Positions 41,818-55,690 of a stretch of DNA of 64,000 nt are shown piece by piece. The translations under genes and the position numbers were made by a program. The notes beneath the pieces were generated by a model, which was given only the letters and a program-made list of their open reading frames with translations, ran no database searches and had not been told where the DNA came from. Location of the stretch: assembly GCF_009914755.1 (NCBI RefSeq), contig NC_060928.1, one strand, 5' to 3'. Position 1 is the first letter of the stretch. The number at the start of each line of letters is the position of its first letter. Origin of the DNA: the human T2T-CHM13v2.0 reference genome, Homo sapiens.

Positions 41818-43282
41818 TACTTTTACTGTATATCAGTTTTATTTAGCACATAGAGTCCACTATGAGATAGATTTAAAAGAATCACAGCCAAATTTCTTTG
41901 TCTCTCTATTATTTTTTTTCTCTCTGTAATTCAGAAAATTGGGCCTCAGTTCCAAGAAGAAGCTGAGGAAAATAATAACTTCCCTGAGCACCAACTTTAA
42001 ATATACACATTGTTTATGAAATACCAGTGGTAAACTGAGACAGTCGCTGGTGAGATTCCTAAAATAGGAGCTGGGGAACCCATATTTAACACTGGATTAC
42101 TGAATGAGCCTGTAAGGATTTAAGTTTTGCAATATTATTTATGTTTTATTTTACAATATGGTCTGTCTCAAAAAACTATACTCCATAAAGGTAACCCATT
42201 CTTTGGCATAAGAGCAGAACAGTTTTCCCCATAAATACATGCTTCCTGTTACTAAATTTTAGGAAATGTTAAATGATTATGAAAATGCTATGTAATTATA
42301 TATTTGCATATTTATATTTATATACTACACTCATTAATTTAAAATTTACCATGCTTAGTTTTAAATTAGTTCAGTTAACTGACCAGATGGTAACAATGCT
42401 ATTTCTGTCAAATCCTTAGGAGAATACTTGATACATCTAAGAAGATATATCAAACACACGTGAAAAGGATAGTTATTGAGTGCGGTGTCTTCTCATGAAA
42501 CAAATCACTATTTTCAGCCTTTAGCAGCCCAGATTTTTAATGTATCTGCCTCAAATAGCCAGAGGCAGGCAGGATTAAAAACAAATGAGATCAGCCTTCT
42601 TCAGTTATCACTAAACACGAGTAGCTGTTCACCACGGGCAAGTGGCTACTTGCAAAGCGGAAGTCCCATCCTGCCATCCTCATCACACCTCCCTCCCTTT
42701 ATTATTCCTGTTAATAGGCTTGCATGAATAGTCAGGCAGGGGAGATATTTTTGCTCACAGCGTCTATTTGTTTTTGCACAGATGACTATTTAGATAAACC
42801 AGCAGGTCCTTGTTAAAACTGTGAAGGAGTCGATATTTATCTATTTTCTTCCTGCTTTGACTCATCTGTGGCATACCCACCCACCCTTTTCTGACTACCT
42901 TCTGCCAATCCATTCCCCCTAATAAAACAAGAACATTACACTTTGATTGTCATACCTTCCCACCATACAATACAATTACCCCCAAGGTATTCGCCTTAAT
43001 TTAAATGTTTACTTTTCAGTACCAGAAAAATTTCACTTCCCTAGCTGCTTTGTCACTGATACTTTCACATCTGTTTATCAGTGAGATGATGAGGAAATAG
43101 TTTATCTCCATTTAAAAAAGATAATACTTCTAAAAATATTTTTCAGAAGCTAGCAAACTGGAACCACTCAAGTGAATATTTCTTCCTTTCTCCTGCTTTC
43201 CCTTTTCTCCGAAACTCAAACATCTAAGTATTTGGGTAGTTTGTGGAAAAATCCACCCTCTAATTGTTTTTGCCTTGGTTTC

Positions 43283-43584
43283 TTTTTTTATTTATTTTTT
43301 TGAGACAAAGTCCCGCTCTGTTGCCCAGGCTGGTGTGCAATGGTGCGACCTCTGCTCTCTGCAACCTCGCCTCCTGGGTTCAAGCAATTCTTCTGTCTCA
43401 GCCTCCTGAGTTGCTGGGATTACAGGCACATGCCACCACACCTGGCTACTTTTTTTGTATTTTTAGTAGAGACAGGGCATCACCATATTGGTCAGGCTGG
43501 TCTTAAACTCCTGACCTCAGGTGATCCACCCATCTCGGCCTCCCAAAGTGCTGGGATTTCAGGCGTGAGCCACCGCGCCCGGCC
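43283..43584 (-). mobile_element. Alu (AluSx-like)
   Basis: Minus-strand Alu; 18-bp TSD TTTTTGCCTTGGTTTCTT. Confidence 0.95.
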
Positions 43585-46500
43585 ATTTTTGCCTTGGTTT
43601 CTTAGAAAACTGTACAGGAGCGAGTAATGTTCTCTGAGCCTTTCCCTACTCCTGACCCAGAAACTACTTCTCAGGGAATGATAAACCTCAGATGTAACTG
43701 TTTACAGCCCCTTTCCCAGGAGCTGATGGATACACAGGAATATATCTTAGCGTCTAGTCTCAGAGTATTTTGACTGGGCCTTGCCTTTCTGTTGTCTCTT
43801 TAAATCCGTATACTCTTATATGCACCTACTCACTATTTGTTTTCTCATTTTTCTGTGCCAGACAACTAGCAGCATTTAATCAGTAGGACCTTGCTTCAGG
43901 TACTGTGCTGACACTGGCAGTTATAAGGACAAAAAAGAAAATTTGGTCCCACCCCCATGAAATTGACAGTATAATGGAAGACAGGCACATAAGTAGGTAT
44001 TTAAAATGTCTTATACAATGATAGGAATAAATTCAGAGAGCTATGGGAGCTGACTTGATATGAGTCATGGAACATCAGTTAAAGCTAGCAAGAAAAGGGG
44101 GCAGAGAATTGAGGGGCATGGTCAGGAGGATCCTGAAGAGTGAAACAGCACATACAACTGCCTAGGAGGGGTGAGTCAGTGGGCAAATTGGCAGGAGTTG
44201 GAGGTATTTCACTATGGCTTAGGCTTTTGCATTTTACCATGAGAGAATGTCAATGTGAGGATGGTAATGATGATTAATTACTAATGTTCAAAGTAATTGC
44301 AGATGCTAGAAAAAAACTTTAATCTAGAATAGTTATACAAAAGTAATACTAAATATAGATATTTATAATAACTTTTATACTTTGTATCTAATTAGAATAG
44401 ATCATGTGTGTTGAGAATCATGCTTCTAGATCTAAAAGGGACCTTGTGGATCAACTAAGCCACTTACTCAGTTTACAGATAAAGAAAACGAGGGTCAATA
44501 GTAATAAGTGACAATTTCAAGGTTGGCCTGCTAAAAGCAGAATGAGGATACTGGATTATTTAACATGTACACTATCAACTTAGTTGTAGTATAATTTTAC
44601 TATAATCATAAACTCTATTTACATTTATTTCAATAAATGGTATTATTCATGGGGCACATTTACTTGTTCACCTTCAATTACTCCTATACTTCAATTGAAG
44701 TTTTCAGGGCTTTGGTTATAACATAATGATCAGTCATAGAGCCTATTTTATGTTATTCCTATTCCAGTTTTCTATATAGGAATTTGGATAACTAAAATAC
44801 TTCCACTAAGTTTTCGGAGAATATGTGGACCATGACTTATCAAAATAAATCTGTACATATATAGAATAGTGAGAATCCACATAACACAATTCTGAAATTA
44901 ATCAGTTCATTGTTGGGCTTTGTAAAGATAAAAGCTAGTGTTTGCATTATTTAAGCATTATCATCATTGGCAAATGTATTATAGTGTGCTCCAAACAGGA
45001 TTCACCCTAATAGACAATGAGATAAATCATTTATTGAAGCAGTAAAGATAGTACTGCACTAGAGAGAACAAATGGAAATCTCAAGAGAAACTGAATGGGT
45101 ATTACACAGGCTGATACCACAGTTTAATCCTCCCCTGTTCAATCACCAAATGCAAATGGAAAGTTGTTTTAAGGCAAAATTTAATCTCTTTTGCATCTGT
45201 TCTCTAAAGCCTTGTGTTAGACGGATATCTCACCGCAGAGCTGACATCCAAACAGGTTCAGAAGAATGCAAATCTAGCAGTAGAATGAAACCAAAGAACT
45301 CTGAAATTCGATTATTATTTCCTCCATTGTCATATTTCAGATTTCAATTTCCTGAATTGAGGAAGCAAGACAGCAAAATTCTCAATATCATCATTAGTGG
45401 AGAAGGTTACATAACTCCTGAAATGTCTTTTCCTCAGTAGAAGTATATTGAAAATCTAGAGAGAGAGGAACACAGGGCCTCAGTTACAGAATAACAGAAT
45501 ATCAGGTTTCTATCCTTGACTAGCCACATACCACATTGTTCAGTCTCAAACTATATGTACACACACAAAAAAGAAGACAAGAATAACACAATGCTTCTTT
45601 GTTAGATGGGACATTACCTTAAGTCCCAATTAAGTTTCCCAAAAGCTAGTCTGGACCATGTGGAAACCCCTTTTTGCTTTGGTAGAGGTGCTTTTTACCT
45701 AAAACCAAATTTTTTCAAGTGGAGTACTTTGTATTTCTTTTAAGCTCACTCTGAATCTCAACTCTTCACATTCCAACTGTGAGAAAAAGCTGGCCTAGAA
45801 AGAAAAAAAAAAAAACTGGTAGCAAGAAAGAACCGCAAAGAAGTGCAAAGGAGCTGGGACAGATGCTAGGACTCTTCTCAAGTGTGACCTCTTTGTAAGG
45901 CACTGGAGTGCTACCCTGCTGGAGAGGAGAGCATTCAGAGAGCCAGAAAGAAACAATTGTCTTCACGCAGGCTTCGTTATACCTGTAGTACTTTGGTCAA
46001 TAAAATGTTCTTGGCATCTAACCATGATTATCCTCAGGGCAAGAAGCAGGAAGATCCTCAATCTCTCTCCCCTAAGGACTACTGGAGTACAAGATGTGAT
46101 CAGCAAGATACCAATTAGTGGTTATCAAAATCTTCTGCCATCAAGTTTGTTTTACCGTAAGCTAAGTTTGCATAAGATCTCTAGCACTGGCTAGCATCTG
46201 GTGTGGGGGCCTGTGGATCACTCTTCCACCTACTTACTTCTGGAATTAGAAGCATAGGTTCACAGTATGTTGGAGTTGGAAGGGACCCTGGAAGGTAGTC
46301 TAATTTATTAAATGTTTGAATCCCTTTCACTCCATTCTGGCAAGGTGGTTATCATTACTCCTTGAATACCTCATGAAGAGTGAATGAAGGATGGAAAGAT
46401 GGAAGGAAAAGAACATTGATTAATAGATACTATGTAGCAAGCTGTGTGCCAAGAAGTTGTACATATTTTATCATTTAAAATTTACATCAGTTTTGTGGAT

Positions 46501-46809
46501 TATTTTATTTAATAAGTTTCAACAGATAAGAAGAAAAGTTCAACTTGCCAAGAGGTCCAAGTATAAGTAGTCATTCTAAGATTTGTTATCCAGTCTTTCT
46601 GGACTCCAAATGTCATTTTTTACACAGCAACTTTTACATTTTTAATCTGAGGAACACCGTTTACTTGGCATGTTTAAGGTATTGTTGAAAAAGGATAATG
46701 AAGCAATTTTGATAAACACTGAGACGAACACATCAGAATACCATGTATATATATTTTAAATCACAGTATTTATTGGGTAAGTGTTCTCTGTGTTTCTCTC
46801 TATTTAACG

Positions 46810-47020
46810 TTTGTTGACTGTTTATGAAGGCACTGTTCTAAGGATTTTAAGAGTGTTATTTCATTTACTATTCACTGCAGTTTTATCATTAGGTGATGTC
46901 ATCACAGGCACAGGGGTTGATTAACTTGCCCGGGGTCGCCCTGTTGGTAAATGGTAAAGCCATGATGTTTAACCTAGGGTTACTCAGTAGTGTAAACTTT
47001 TAGCCACTACACTATACTGA
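46810..47020 (-). mobile_element. MIR
   Basis: GGCACTGTTCTAAGG...GGCACAGGGGTTGATTAACTTGCCCGGGGTCGCC...GTAAATGGTAAAGCC. Similar MIR relics lie near 44430-44570, 46420-46620 and 47540-47720. Confidence 0.7.
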
Positions 47021-48409
47021 CCCCCTGGATGGTATTCTCTGTTTCCTTAGCTAAATGTACCACAAATATGAGGACTACTATTCCCTATGTCACCTCCAGT
47101 GCCCAAAGTAATACCAGAGAAAATCTTGAAGGATAGAAAATACCAATATATTCAATAGTATCCACAGAGGATAGCAGAGACTGTGATAGATACTTACTAT
47201 TTAATATTTTATCAAGTGGCTGACCATTTTTAACATATGTTAATAGTTATATTTGCAGAAGAGAAAATTATTGTGATAAAAATTAAAAGCAGAATGCTTA
47301 ATGTAACAATTATTTAAGGAAGCAAGTATTTTACTAGTTAACTATTCTTTTTGCTATGATTAAGAATTAATTTTAATAAAAATGGAGGCAAGTAATATTT
47401 AATTGGAACTTCTGAAAGATTATTTTAAATTTTGACTAAAAATGTGATACAAGTATTTTATAAAGTTAAAAAAATTCTACAATACAAAGGCAACTGCTTC
47501 AAATCTACTTTTATTTAAAATATAATTAATAATTATTATAGCAACTATTTGTTGAGCTCTTACTAGTTGCAAAGCACAATGAAAGTTGCTTTCAGAAAAT
47601 CTCTATAAAGTTGCTATTTTATCCCTGTTTTGCAGATGAGGAATCAGGCCAATAATTTGTTTGTTTTGTTTTTTTAAATAAGTATGAGGGAGAGCTGGGA
47701 ATCAAGTTCAGATCTCTTTGAGAGAGCACTTAAGTTTGTCTACGGAAGGATAATTGATGTCCTAATTGGGAGTGGAAGGTGCTAAATTTAGTTCTAAATG
47801 AAGTGTGTTTGTGGTTCATGTGAAACTTGCTGGTGGAGATCCTTAGTGGGAACTTGAAATGTGAATCTGGATTTAGGAGATTGTTTGATGAGTGCTTAGC
47901 ATATAAATGGTGATAAAAACCCTGAGTTCAATTGTAAGAATCATGAGAAGTGTGGGAGCAGAAATGAAGATCAGACTCTAAGAAGAATGAACTCATTAAA
48001 TTGTATACTTTCATATAGAACAATTGATGAATAATACTATGTACAGATAGTGTGCAACCAAAGAGAAGCTGGTTACAATATGCAATTCATGTTACATAAA
48101 TATGTTACATAATTCTTTTATTCACAATAAAATATGCTCAGGAAAGAAAACATATGGGGTTTTAACTTTCACACCCAGTAAGTCTTCAGTAAAATAATAA
48201 AAACATAAAAGCTCAATATCTTTAATTCATTTTCAGTAAACCATATATAATCAAAGTAAAAACGTAGGTGTAGTTACATCAACCATGAATAGGAAACATA
48301 ACTTAAAATTTCCAACCAACATCGGCGTGAGATAACCAAAAGAAAGAGGAACTCATTTTACAATATTTTTAGTTTTCAATGCAAATCGTAAAATAACAGC
48401 AGATCTCTT

Positions 48410-49260
48410 GCTCGAGTCTAGCCTAATCACAACACAATGGCCACAATGCTTCTTTAAAAATTTAAGTCAGATTTTCTTCCTCCTCTTCTTCTCAAATCCC
48501 TTAGTGGCTTTTCTGGCTATATCCAAAGTCCTTACATCTACCTATCAGGTCCCACGTAATTGGCTTCCCATTACTTCTCTGCCTTCTTCCCTTTCTCTCC
48601 TTCTTCTTCAATATTCTCCAGCTACAGTGCTGAGTTTGCTGTTGTCTCGAAAATGTCACGTGGGTTTTTGCCTGAGTGCCTTTCCCCTAGCTGCTCTAAC
48701 TGGCTGAATTATCTTCCCCAGGTATCTGCTTGTCTACCTCCTGCACATCTTCAAGGCTTTGCTCACATGTCAGTTTTTTAAAAAGTCAGGGTAAGATTTA
48801 TTTAAAAAGACCCAAACTACCACTACCAGTTGCCCCTTCTGTCTGTCTTCAGCCTTCATCCCCTTACCTTACTCAACTTTTTTTGGTACCATTAATATCT
48901 TTAATATACTATATAATTTATTTGTAGTATTTTATCAGATTTAAGAATCAACAATTTTAAGCCATTTTTATTTTATGTACAACTAAGGAAGAAAAAAAAC
49001 TGCCTATGAAACCATGATATTCCATCAATGTTTAGATAAACCTAGGTTCTATAGATGTTAAAATGTGAAAAATTCATCTAGGACTTAATGAAATGCATAT
49101 TTATTATGTCTCTTTTTTTTCTCCATTTCCCTATGCCAGAATGTAAGTCCATAATGGCAAAGATCTTTGTCGTTTTTTTTAATCCACTAATATATACCCC
49201 AGATGCTTAGAATAATGCTTGGCAAGTAATAGGTTCTCAATACATATTTGTTAAATGAGT
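48410..49260 (+). mobile_element. L2 3' end relic (interrupted)
   Basis: TCTTTAAAAATTTAAGTCAGAT...CCAGAATGTAAGTCCATAATGGCAAAGATC...GTAATAGGTTCTCAATACATATTTGTTAAATGA. Confidence 0.7.
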
Positions 49261-49477
49261 TATTATTTAGAGAGAAGTCACCTTGGACTAAGTAAAAATC
49301 AAATAAGAGGAAGAATAGATGTCACCCAGAAATTATAAGCTGGTAGCAAAGGGGCTTAAAGATATTTCTTTTGGATGAATCATCTCATGACTTTAGATAA
49401 TTGCCTTACAAAGTTGAGGATGAGCACAGTTATAGTAGTATATGAAAATGGTAAATCATGTTATCTACATTAATTTC

Positions 49478-49830
49478 TACATTAGTTATCTATTGCTGCA
49501 TAACAAGTTGCCCCAAAACTTAGCAACTTAATACACATTTCTTACCACATACTTTTGTGGGTTATGAATCTGGGCCTCGCTAATAATATGGCAACTTGCT
49601 ATATCGAAACATGCAAACCAAGAAAATAGTAGAGAGAATCTCTTGGCAAGATGAAAGTCATAATCTTTTGTAATCTAATTATGGAAACATCATTCCATCA
49701 CCTTTGTTGTAGTCTATGGGTTAGAAACAATTACTAAATTCAGCTTACACTCAAAGAGACAGATTATACAAGGTCATGAACAGCAGGAGATGGGGATCAT
49801 TGAGATCTATCTTAGAAGTCTGCCTACAAC
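49478..49830 (-). mobile_element. MaLR LTR (MLT1F/G-like), internally shortened
   Basis: ATTAGTTATCTATTGCTGCATAACAAG...CCCCAAAACTTAGC...GCAGGAGATGGGGATCATTG...TCTGCCTACAACA. Confidence 0.7.
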
Positions 49831-49899
49831 ATTAGGTAAAGACATCCAAATTACATGTACAGGAAGGAGGGTGTGTTTGCCTATGGAAGTTCTAGGAAG

Positions 49900-50388
49900 A
49901 TGCTTTAGTCGACACATCCTAGAGTACATATTGAAAGATGTTCTAAGTGGGCCTCTTCTCCCTCACTTTCCATCGTTAGTGGTGAGTTTCTGATATTAAT
50001 CCCTCTCTGACCGTAGTTGATTGAATGATGGGCAGATACCTGACTCAAACCAGGCTGGTTAAATTCTGGCCAATAGATTTTGAATTCAGACTAACAAACT
50101 CAGTATTGCTCTGAGAGGTGCCATAAACTTGGGAATTGTGACTTGATAATCCTCTGTCACATGGAATGAGAAGCCAGAAAAAGATTTGCAGAAAGGAAAA
50201 GACAAAAATGTTTAGATAAACCTAGAGACAAAAAAAGTGTCTAATGGATTTCCCATTCACATTTTTAGCCATTTCTGTAATAAGTTTTCGTGAGATCCTT
50301 CTATTTTGTCACACATTTCCACTTTCTTTTAAACTAAAGCAATCTCAAGTTGGTTTTGTAACTCGCAACTAGAGTTCATACTAATTAT
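49900..50388 (+). mobile_element. Old ERVL-type LTR (LTR33/LTR16-like)
   Basis: GATTGAATGATGGGCA...CCTGACTCAAAC...GGCCAATAGATTTTGAAT and end GTTGGTTTTGTAACTCGCAACTAGAG. Confidence 0.5.
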
Positions 50389-52605
50389 CTCTTTAGAAAG
50401 ACCTTCAAGATGCCTTTGTTACCATCACTGTGAATATGGCACACTGTGGTGCCATTCCCTGACAAAGGCATAGGAAAATCTTGAAGAGAAAAGAAGGCCT
50501 TGAGCCTTCAGTCTAAATTACAGCACAATTTAAATTCTCAGCAAAGTGGTTATTTTGTTTCTTTACTTCACTCTTTATAAGATTTTGAAAGAGAGCATGT
50601 CAAGCAGGAATAGGTTAATAGGTTTTTAAGACCCCCTGTGGAATTAAATAGATAGGAGTCTGAATGGTGGAATTGTCTCAAGGCACAACTAAAGCATAAT
50701 GGCTTCTGTCTAGTCATCTCTTATGCATGCAATACATTTGTTTACTCAAAACTGGAAACAAAAGAAAAATAATATAATATATGGTTCTTAAAAATTGGCT
50801 TAAACTAACAAAATAATATTTGTAGGGTTGAATGCAAACTTTATCTGTAACCATGATTCTGTAAAGGTTTTTCAGATTTTCTGCACTGCAGGAAAAAAAA
50901 ATCACAGAATGTTCTAGGAATCTGAAAATACATAGACTATAAAAGAATGAGTAATACATGAAGTGTTGTCTACATTGCCATTTCCATTTGAATTGTTTAA
51001 TCAGCCTCTAATCTTTTTCCAAAACATTCTTAAATACCAAGTCCCCTCTCTAACCAATATTGAGCCAAAAACTGAGTTTGGAGCCATTGTACTAAAGTGT
51101 CAACTCTGTTTATTTTCTTTCTTTTATGTGTGTGGCTCATATTTTATGCTCAGTTGCTCTTATGAATACTAGGTGCCTATCTTTACATGCAGCAATCTTC
51201 CATATCTTTGGCCAGTGATTTCCAAGACAATGATAGCTGCATAGTATTGATTTGCTTTGATATTGTTGACCCAGAAGAGATCTTGTCAAAAAGGTCAGAT
51301 TACATGCCAAGACAAAATAAAATACTGAGAAAGGCAATTTTAAAAAAAGAACACTTAGAACTCAGTGAGGTATGTTAGAGAACTTTTCCCATCATTCATA
51401 TTCCCATTTAGGACAAAAGGGTTGTCCTTGGTGAAAGGGGTCAACTAAGCCAAGAACTGAAGTTTCAATGAACAGATCTTGTATTTACTGTGTGTTCCTG
51501 AGCAAGTTACTTCAGGAAAAAGTTTTTGTGGGAAAAAAAATCTCTGGGCTTAATTCACTGATGATTGACATAATCACATTAGTGGAGGAAATTTGCCATC
51601 TGTAAGTGGCATCCGCTGGGATGCGTAGGTGTGTGTGGGTTGCCCACAGGCCTCATGGGCAAGTTTCTGCTGAGCTGTCTTCAGCTCAGAGGCTAATTAA
51701 AGATGAGAAACTGCCATATTGAAATAGAGCCATGGAAAGATCAGAAAATATTATTAGCTTCATCATAAATCAAAATTGTTATGGAACATGGCAATATTAC
51801 TTTAATACAATAGTATCTTGAAGCATATAATGAATTTCTGTAAATTCACAATTTTCTATCAACTTTCAGTGCTACCACCTTAGATTAGTTTCTGGTGATT
51901 CCACATATACATCACTACAGACATCCTAGTGGTTATACCGACCTTTAATTTCTGGTGTTTCTAGTGCATTTTGCAGGATTCTACCAGATTATTCCACATT
52001 TATGAGAGCTACTTCTCAATTGAGGATCACCATTTACTTTCAAAGAATAACAGCATCATACACAAGGGCTCACCTTTGTATTAAACTCCTCTTCCTCTCC
52101 TCCCTGTTCACTTTCTTTTTCTTCACTGTTTATCTTTCCCACTCCTTTTCCTCTTTCCTCTTCTCTCCTCCCTTTTTTTCCTTGCCCTTCCCTTTTTGTG
52201 TTATTTCCACTTATACTATGTCTTGTCTTTCTTTCTTTCTTTTATGTAATATGGTCATTACACTGCCTTTTATTTAGAAAAAATTTCCTTCCTTTTTCAA
52301 AATTCTAAAACTGAAAAACTGAAAACCAAAATAAATTTCCAAAAAATGCTTTTGGAGCAAAACTAAACTGATGTGTCTATTTTTCATCCTTATTTATCTC
52401 ACTGAGCGTGAATAGTCAGACACTATTCCTGCAGAAATACAGATATGTTTGACTACTTAAACTTCACTTAAGCCTCTGAGGTAAGCACACTCTGCTACCT
52501 TTATAAAATTGAAAAAATCTGAGTTCTAAAAGACATCTGGCCTGGAGAATTTGATAGTAAATTTTCGATCTATCATCCAAACAGTTTTTACGATTGTTAC
52601 TGCTA

Positions 52606-53810
52606 CTGTCATGCATCACTTAGTGGTAAGGATATGTTCTGAGAAATGCAACCTTAGGTGATTTATATGATATCTTGAGAACATCATAGAGTATACTTCC
52701 ACAAACGTAGACGGAATAGCCTACTACTAACCAAGGCTATATGGTATAGCTTATTGCTCCTAGGCCACAAACCTATACAGCAAATTTCTGTACTGAATAT
52801 TGTAGACAATTGTAACACAATGGTATTTATGTATCTAACCATATCTAAACATAGAAAAGATACAGTAAAATACAGTATAAATGCTAAAAAAAAAAAAAAA
52901 AAGTGATACACATGCATAGGGCACTTACCTTGAATGGAGCTTGCAGGACTGGAAGTTGCTCTGGGTGTCAGTGAGTGAGTGGTGACTGAATGCGAAGGCC
53001 TAGGACTTTACTGTACTCTACTGTAGACTTTATAATTACTAGATACTTAGACTACATTAAATTTATAACAATTTTTCTTCAATAATAAATTAACCTTAGC
53101 TTACTGAGCTTACTATAAATTTTGTATTTTATTAATTTAATTTTTTTTAACTTTTTGACTCTTTTGTAATAGCATTTAACTTAAAACACAAATGAAAATA
53201 CTTTATTTATTTATATCCTTATTCTACAAGCTTTTTTTCTATTTCAATATTTTTTTTTCTTTTTACACTTTTTTTTTGGTTAAAAACAAAGACACCAACA
53301 CATATTAGCCTAGGCCTACACAGTGTCAGGATCATCAGTATCACTGTCTTCCACCTCCACATCTTGTCTCACTGGAAGGTCTTCAGGGGCAGTAACTTGC
53401 ATGGAGCTGTCATCTCCTGTGGTAACAATGCCTTCTTCTGGATGCCTCCTGAAGGACCTGCCTGAGGTTGTTTTATAGTTAGCTTTTAAAGATATATAAG
53501 TAGAAGGATTATGCTCTAAAATAATCATAAAAGTATAGTATATTAGATACATAAACTGGTAACATAGCCATTTATTATCATTATCAATAATTTTGTATTA
53601 TACATAAATATATGTGCTATACTTTTATACAGTAGGTTTGTTTACATAAGCATCACCAGTAACGTGTGTAATGCCTTGTGCTACAACATTAGGATGGCCT
53701 ACAATATCATTAGGCAATAGGAATTTTCCAACCTCATTATAATCTTATGGGGCCACCATTGTTTATGCAGTATGTTGTTGACCAAAATGCTGTTACGTAG
53801 TGCATGACTG
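52606..53810 (-). mobile_element. Tigger3b (TcMar-Tigger DNA transposon), near full length
   Basis: Terminal inverted repeats C(T/A)GTCATGCA...TGCATGACTG, TA at 52604-52605, about 1.2 kb; acidic C-terminal transposase-like remnant (VEDSDTDDPDTV) in ORF 53316-53552. Confidence 0.88.
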
Positions 53811-53994
53811 TGATTCTAAACTGTCCATTGCTTCCTTTTTTCCACTAGCATATTACATTTCTATCCAAACATCATTTACATTATAAAATGAATAACATCT
53901 CTCCACAAACATAAGGGGGAAACCACCCATAATTACACAACATTTTAATACAATAATAAGCAAAAGGCCAACATAGAAATAATAATAGTATAAA

Positions 53995-54165
53995 AGAGAG
54001 CAGGAGGAAACTTTTGGAGGTGATAGCTAGCTTTATGGCACAGATTATTATGATGGCTCCACAGGTGTGTAGTTCTCTCCAAACTCGTCAAGTTGTATAC
54101 ATTAATTATATACAGGTTTTAATATGTCAATCATAACTCAATAAAGAGGTCTTTTTTTAAAAAAG
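53995..54165 (+). mobile_element. L1MA/MB-like 3'-end fragment
   Basis: GGAGGAAACTTTTGGAGGTGATAG...CAAACTCGTCAAGTTGTATACATTAA...CTCAATAAAG. Confidence 0.7.
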
Positions 54166-55246
54166 TAGGCAAAAGGCTAAATGCTACCCAACCAGAGTAA
54201 TTACTGCAAGAGTTTGGAATGTAGCTTTTTAGTTTCCCCAAGTTTGCATAACAGTATGTCTATGAGTTATACATACTCTAACATATACACATATTTATAA
54301 TGAAAACTTATGACTGTGCTATTTGTGGTTTCATATGATATTATTTTATAATCTTTCAAACTTAGCACCAACAGATCCCCACAGTTCCTTTTAATGACTG
54401 CACAGCATTCTAATATTGCAGTTGCAGCATAATTTATTTTTTCTCTCACAGATGAACAGAATATACTATTATACTGTGTAAACACCCTTAAACATATATC
54501 TCTCTAATGAGAATAGACTTATAAAAGGAAAACTGCTTAGTGAAATAATAGGTAAATTTTAAATGTTAACATTTAATTACAATATTTCAAAATATTGTAT
54601 TAATTTGCATCCTTACTAATAGTATATTAGAGGGCCTAACACCCTGAAAGCACTTGATGTTGTGAAACTTTTTATCCCCTGCCAATCTGATAAGTGGAAA
54701 AAGAAGTCTCATCTTTATTTTTATTAACATTTTCCTGTTTACAACTCAGGCCAACCATATTTTCATTTTTTCTGCTCATGCTCTTGTTCCAACTCCTTCT
54801 CTTTCTTGCATTTCTAGTTTCTTTATCAGAGCATTCTCCTTTCATTAAAAAAATTAATTTGTGGAAGCACTTGGTAAAGTACAAATACCAACCCTTTTCC
54901 ATCTTTTGCAAAATAAGATTCTCATAGACTTTCTGTTGCCTTAAACATTCTTTATGTTGTTTATAGATACTTTCTTCTGACTGACATAGTCAAGCTCTCT
55001 ATTTTTCCCTCTTGATAGCATTTTGATTTTCTGTTTTATTTGAGGTCACTTCTCAGAACTTTTATAACTATTCTCCTATATTTCATTCAAATATATTTTT
55101 AGTTTTATTTTTAAAATTTGGACCTTTAATTTATCTGGAATTTAACCTTTTATATTGTGTAAGGATTTTTTTTTTAAAACAGCATCAGGTGGAGGTTTAA
55201 CTTCTTCCAATCTTCAAATCAATTATCCAGCTGTCTCAATAACATA

Positions 55247-55690
55247 AGAAACCAGTCCAATAGTCCTATAGACATATTTTTGGATAAACATAGAAATGGA
55301 CCCTTCTGGTCTTAAAATTTGAAACTCACATTTGTTTTACCTGAGTTCCTTCCTCAGGAAATAACCTTCAGATCTTTCAAAAACCATCAAATAATGAAAC
55401 TCTTTGTATCAGCACATCCAGACAATGAGATGCCAGATTCCTCAATCATCATGATTGCTTCTTTACCCCTCCATAGTTCCTATTTTCCCACACATAGTTA
55501 CATTTCTTCCCTGCTATATAAACCCCTAATTTAGTCTGTCAGCGAGATAGACTTGAGATTGATCTCTCATCTTCTTGGCTGCTGCACCTAATTAAAGCCT
55601 TCTTCCTTGGCAATACTTGTTGTCTCAGTGATTGGCTTTCTGTGCAGCAAGCAGCAGGACCCAAAGCTAACCCCTCATGTTTCAGTAACA
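55247..55690 (+). mobile_element. Solo LTR, LTR47A-like
   Basis: GAAACCAGTCCAATAGTCCTATAGAC start, TATA box CTATATAAA near 55514, ATTAAA at 55591, end GTTTCAGTAACA. Confidence 0.75.

Noticed and set aside
53316-53552. 78-aa ORF with acidic tail
   Set aside because: Remnant inside non-autonomous Tigger3b; no DDE or DNA-binding domain.
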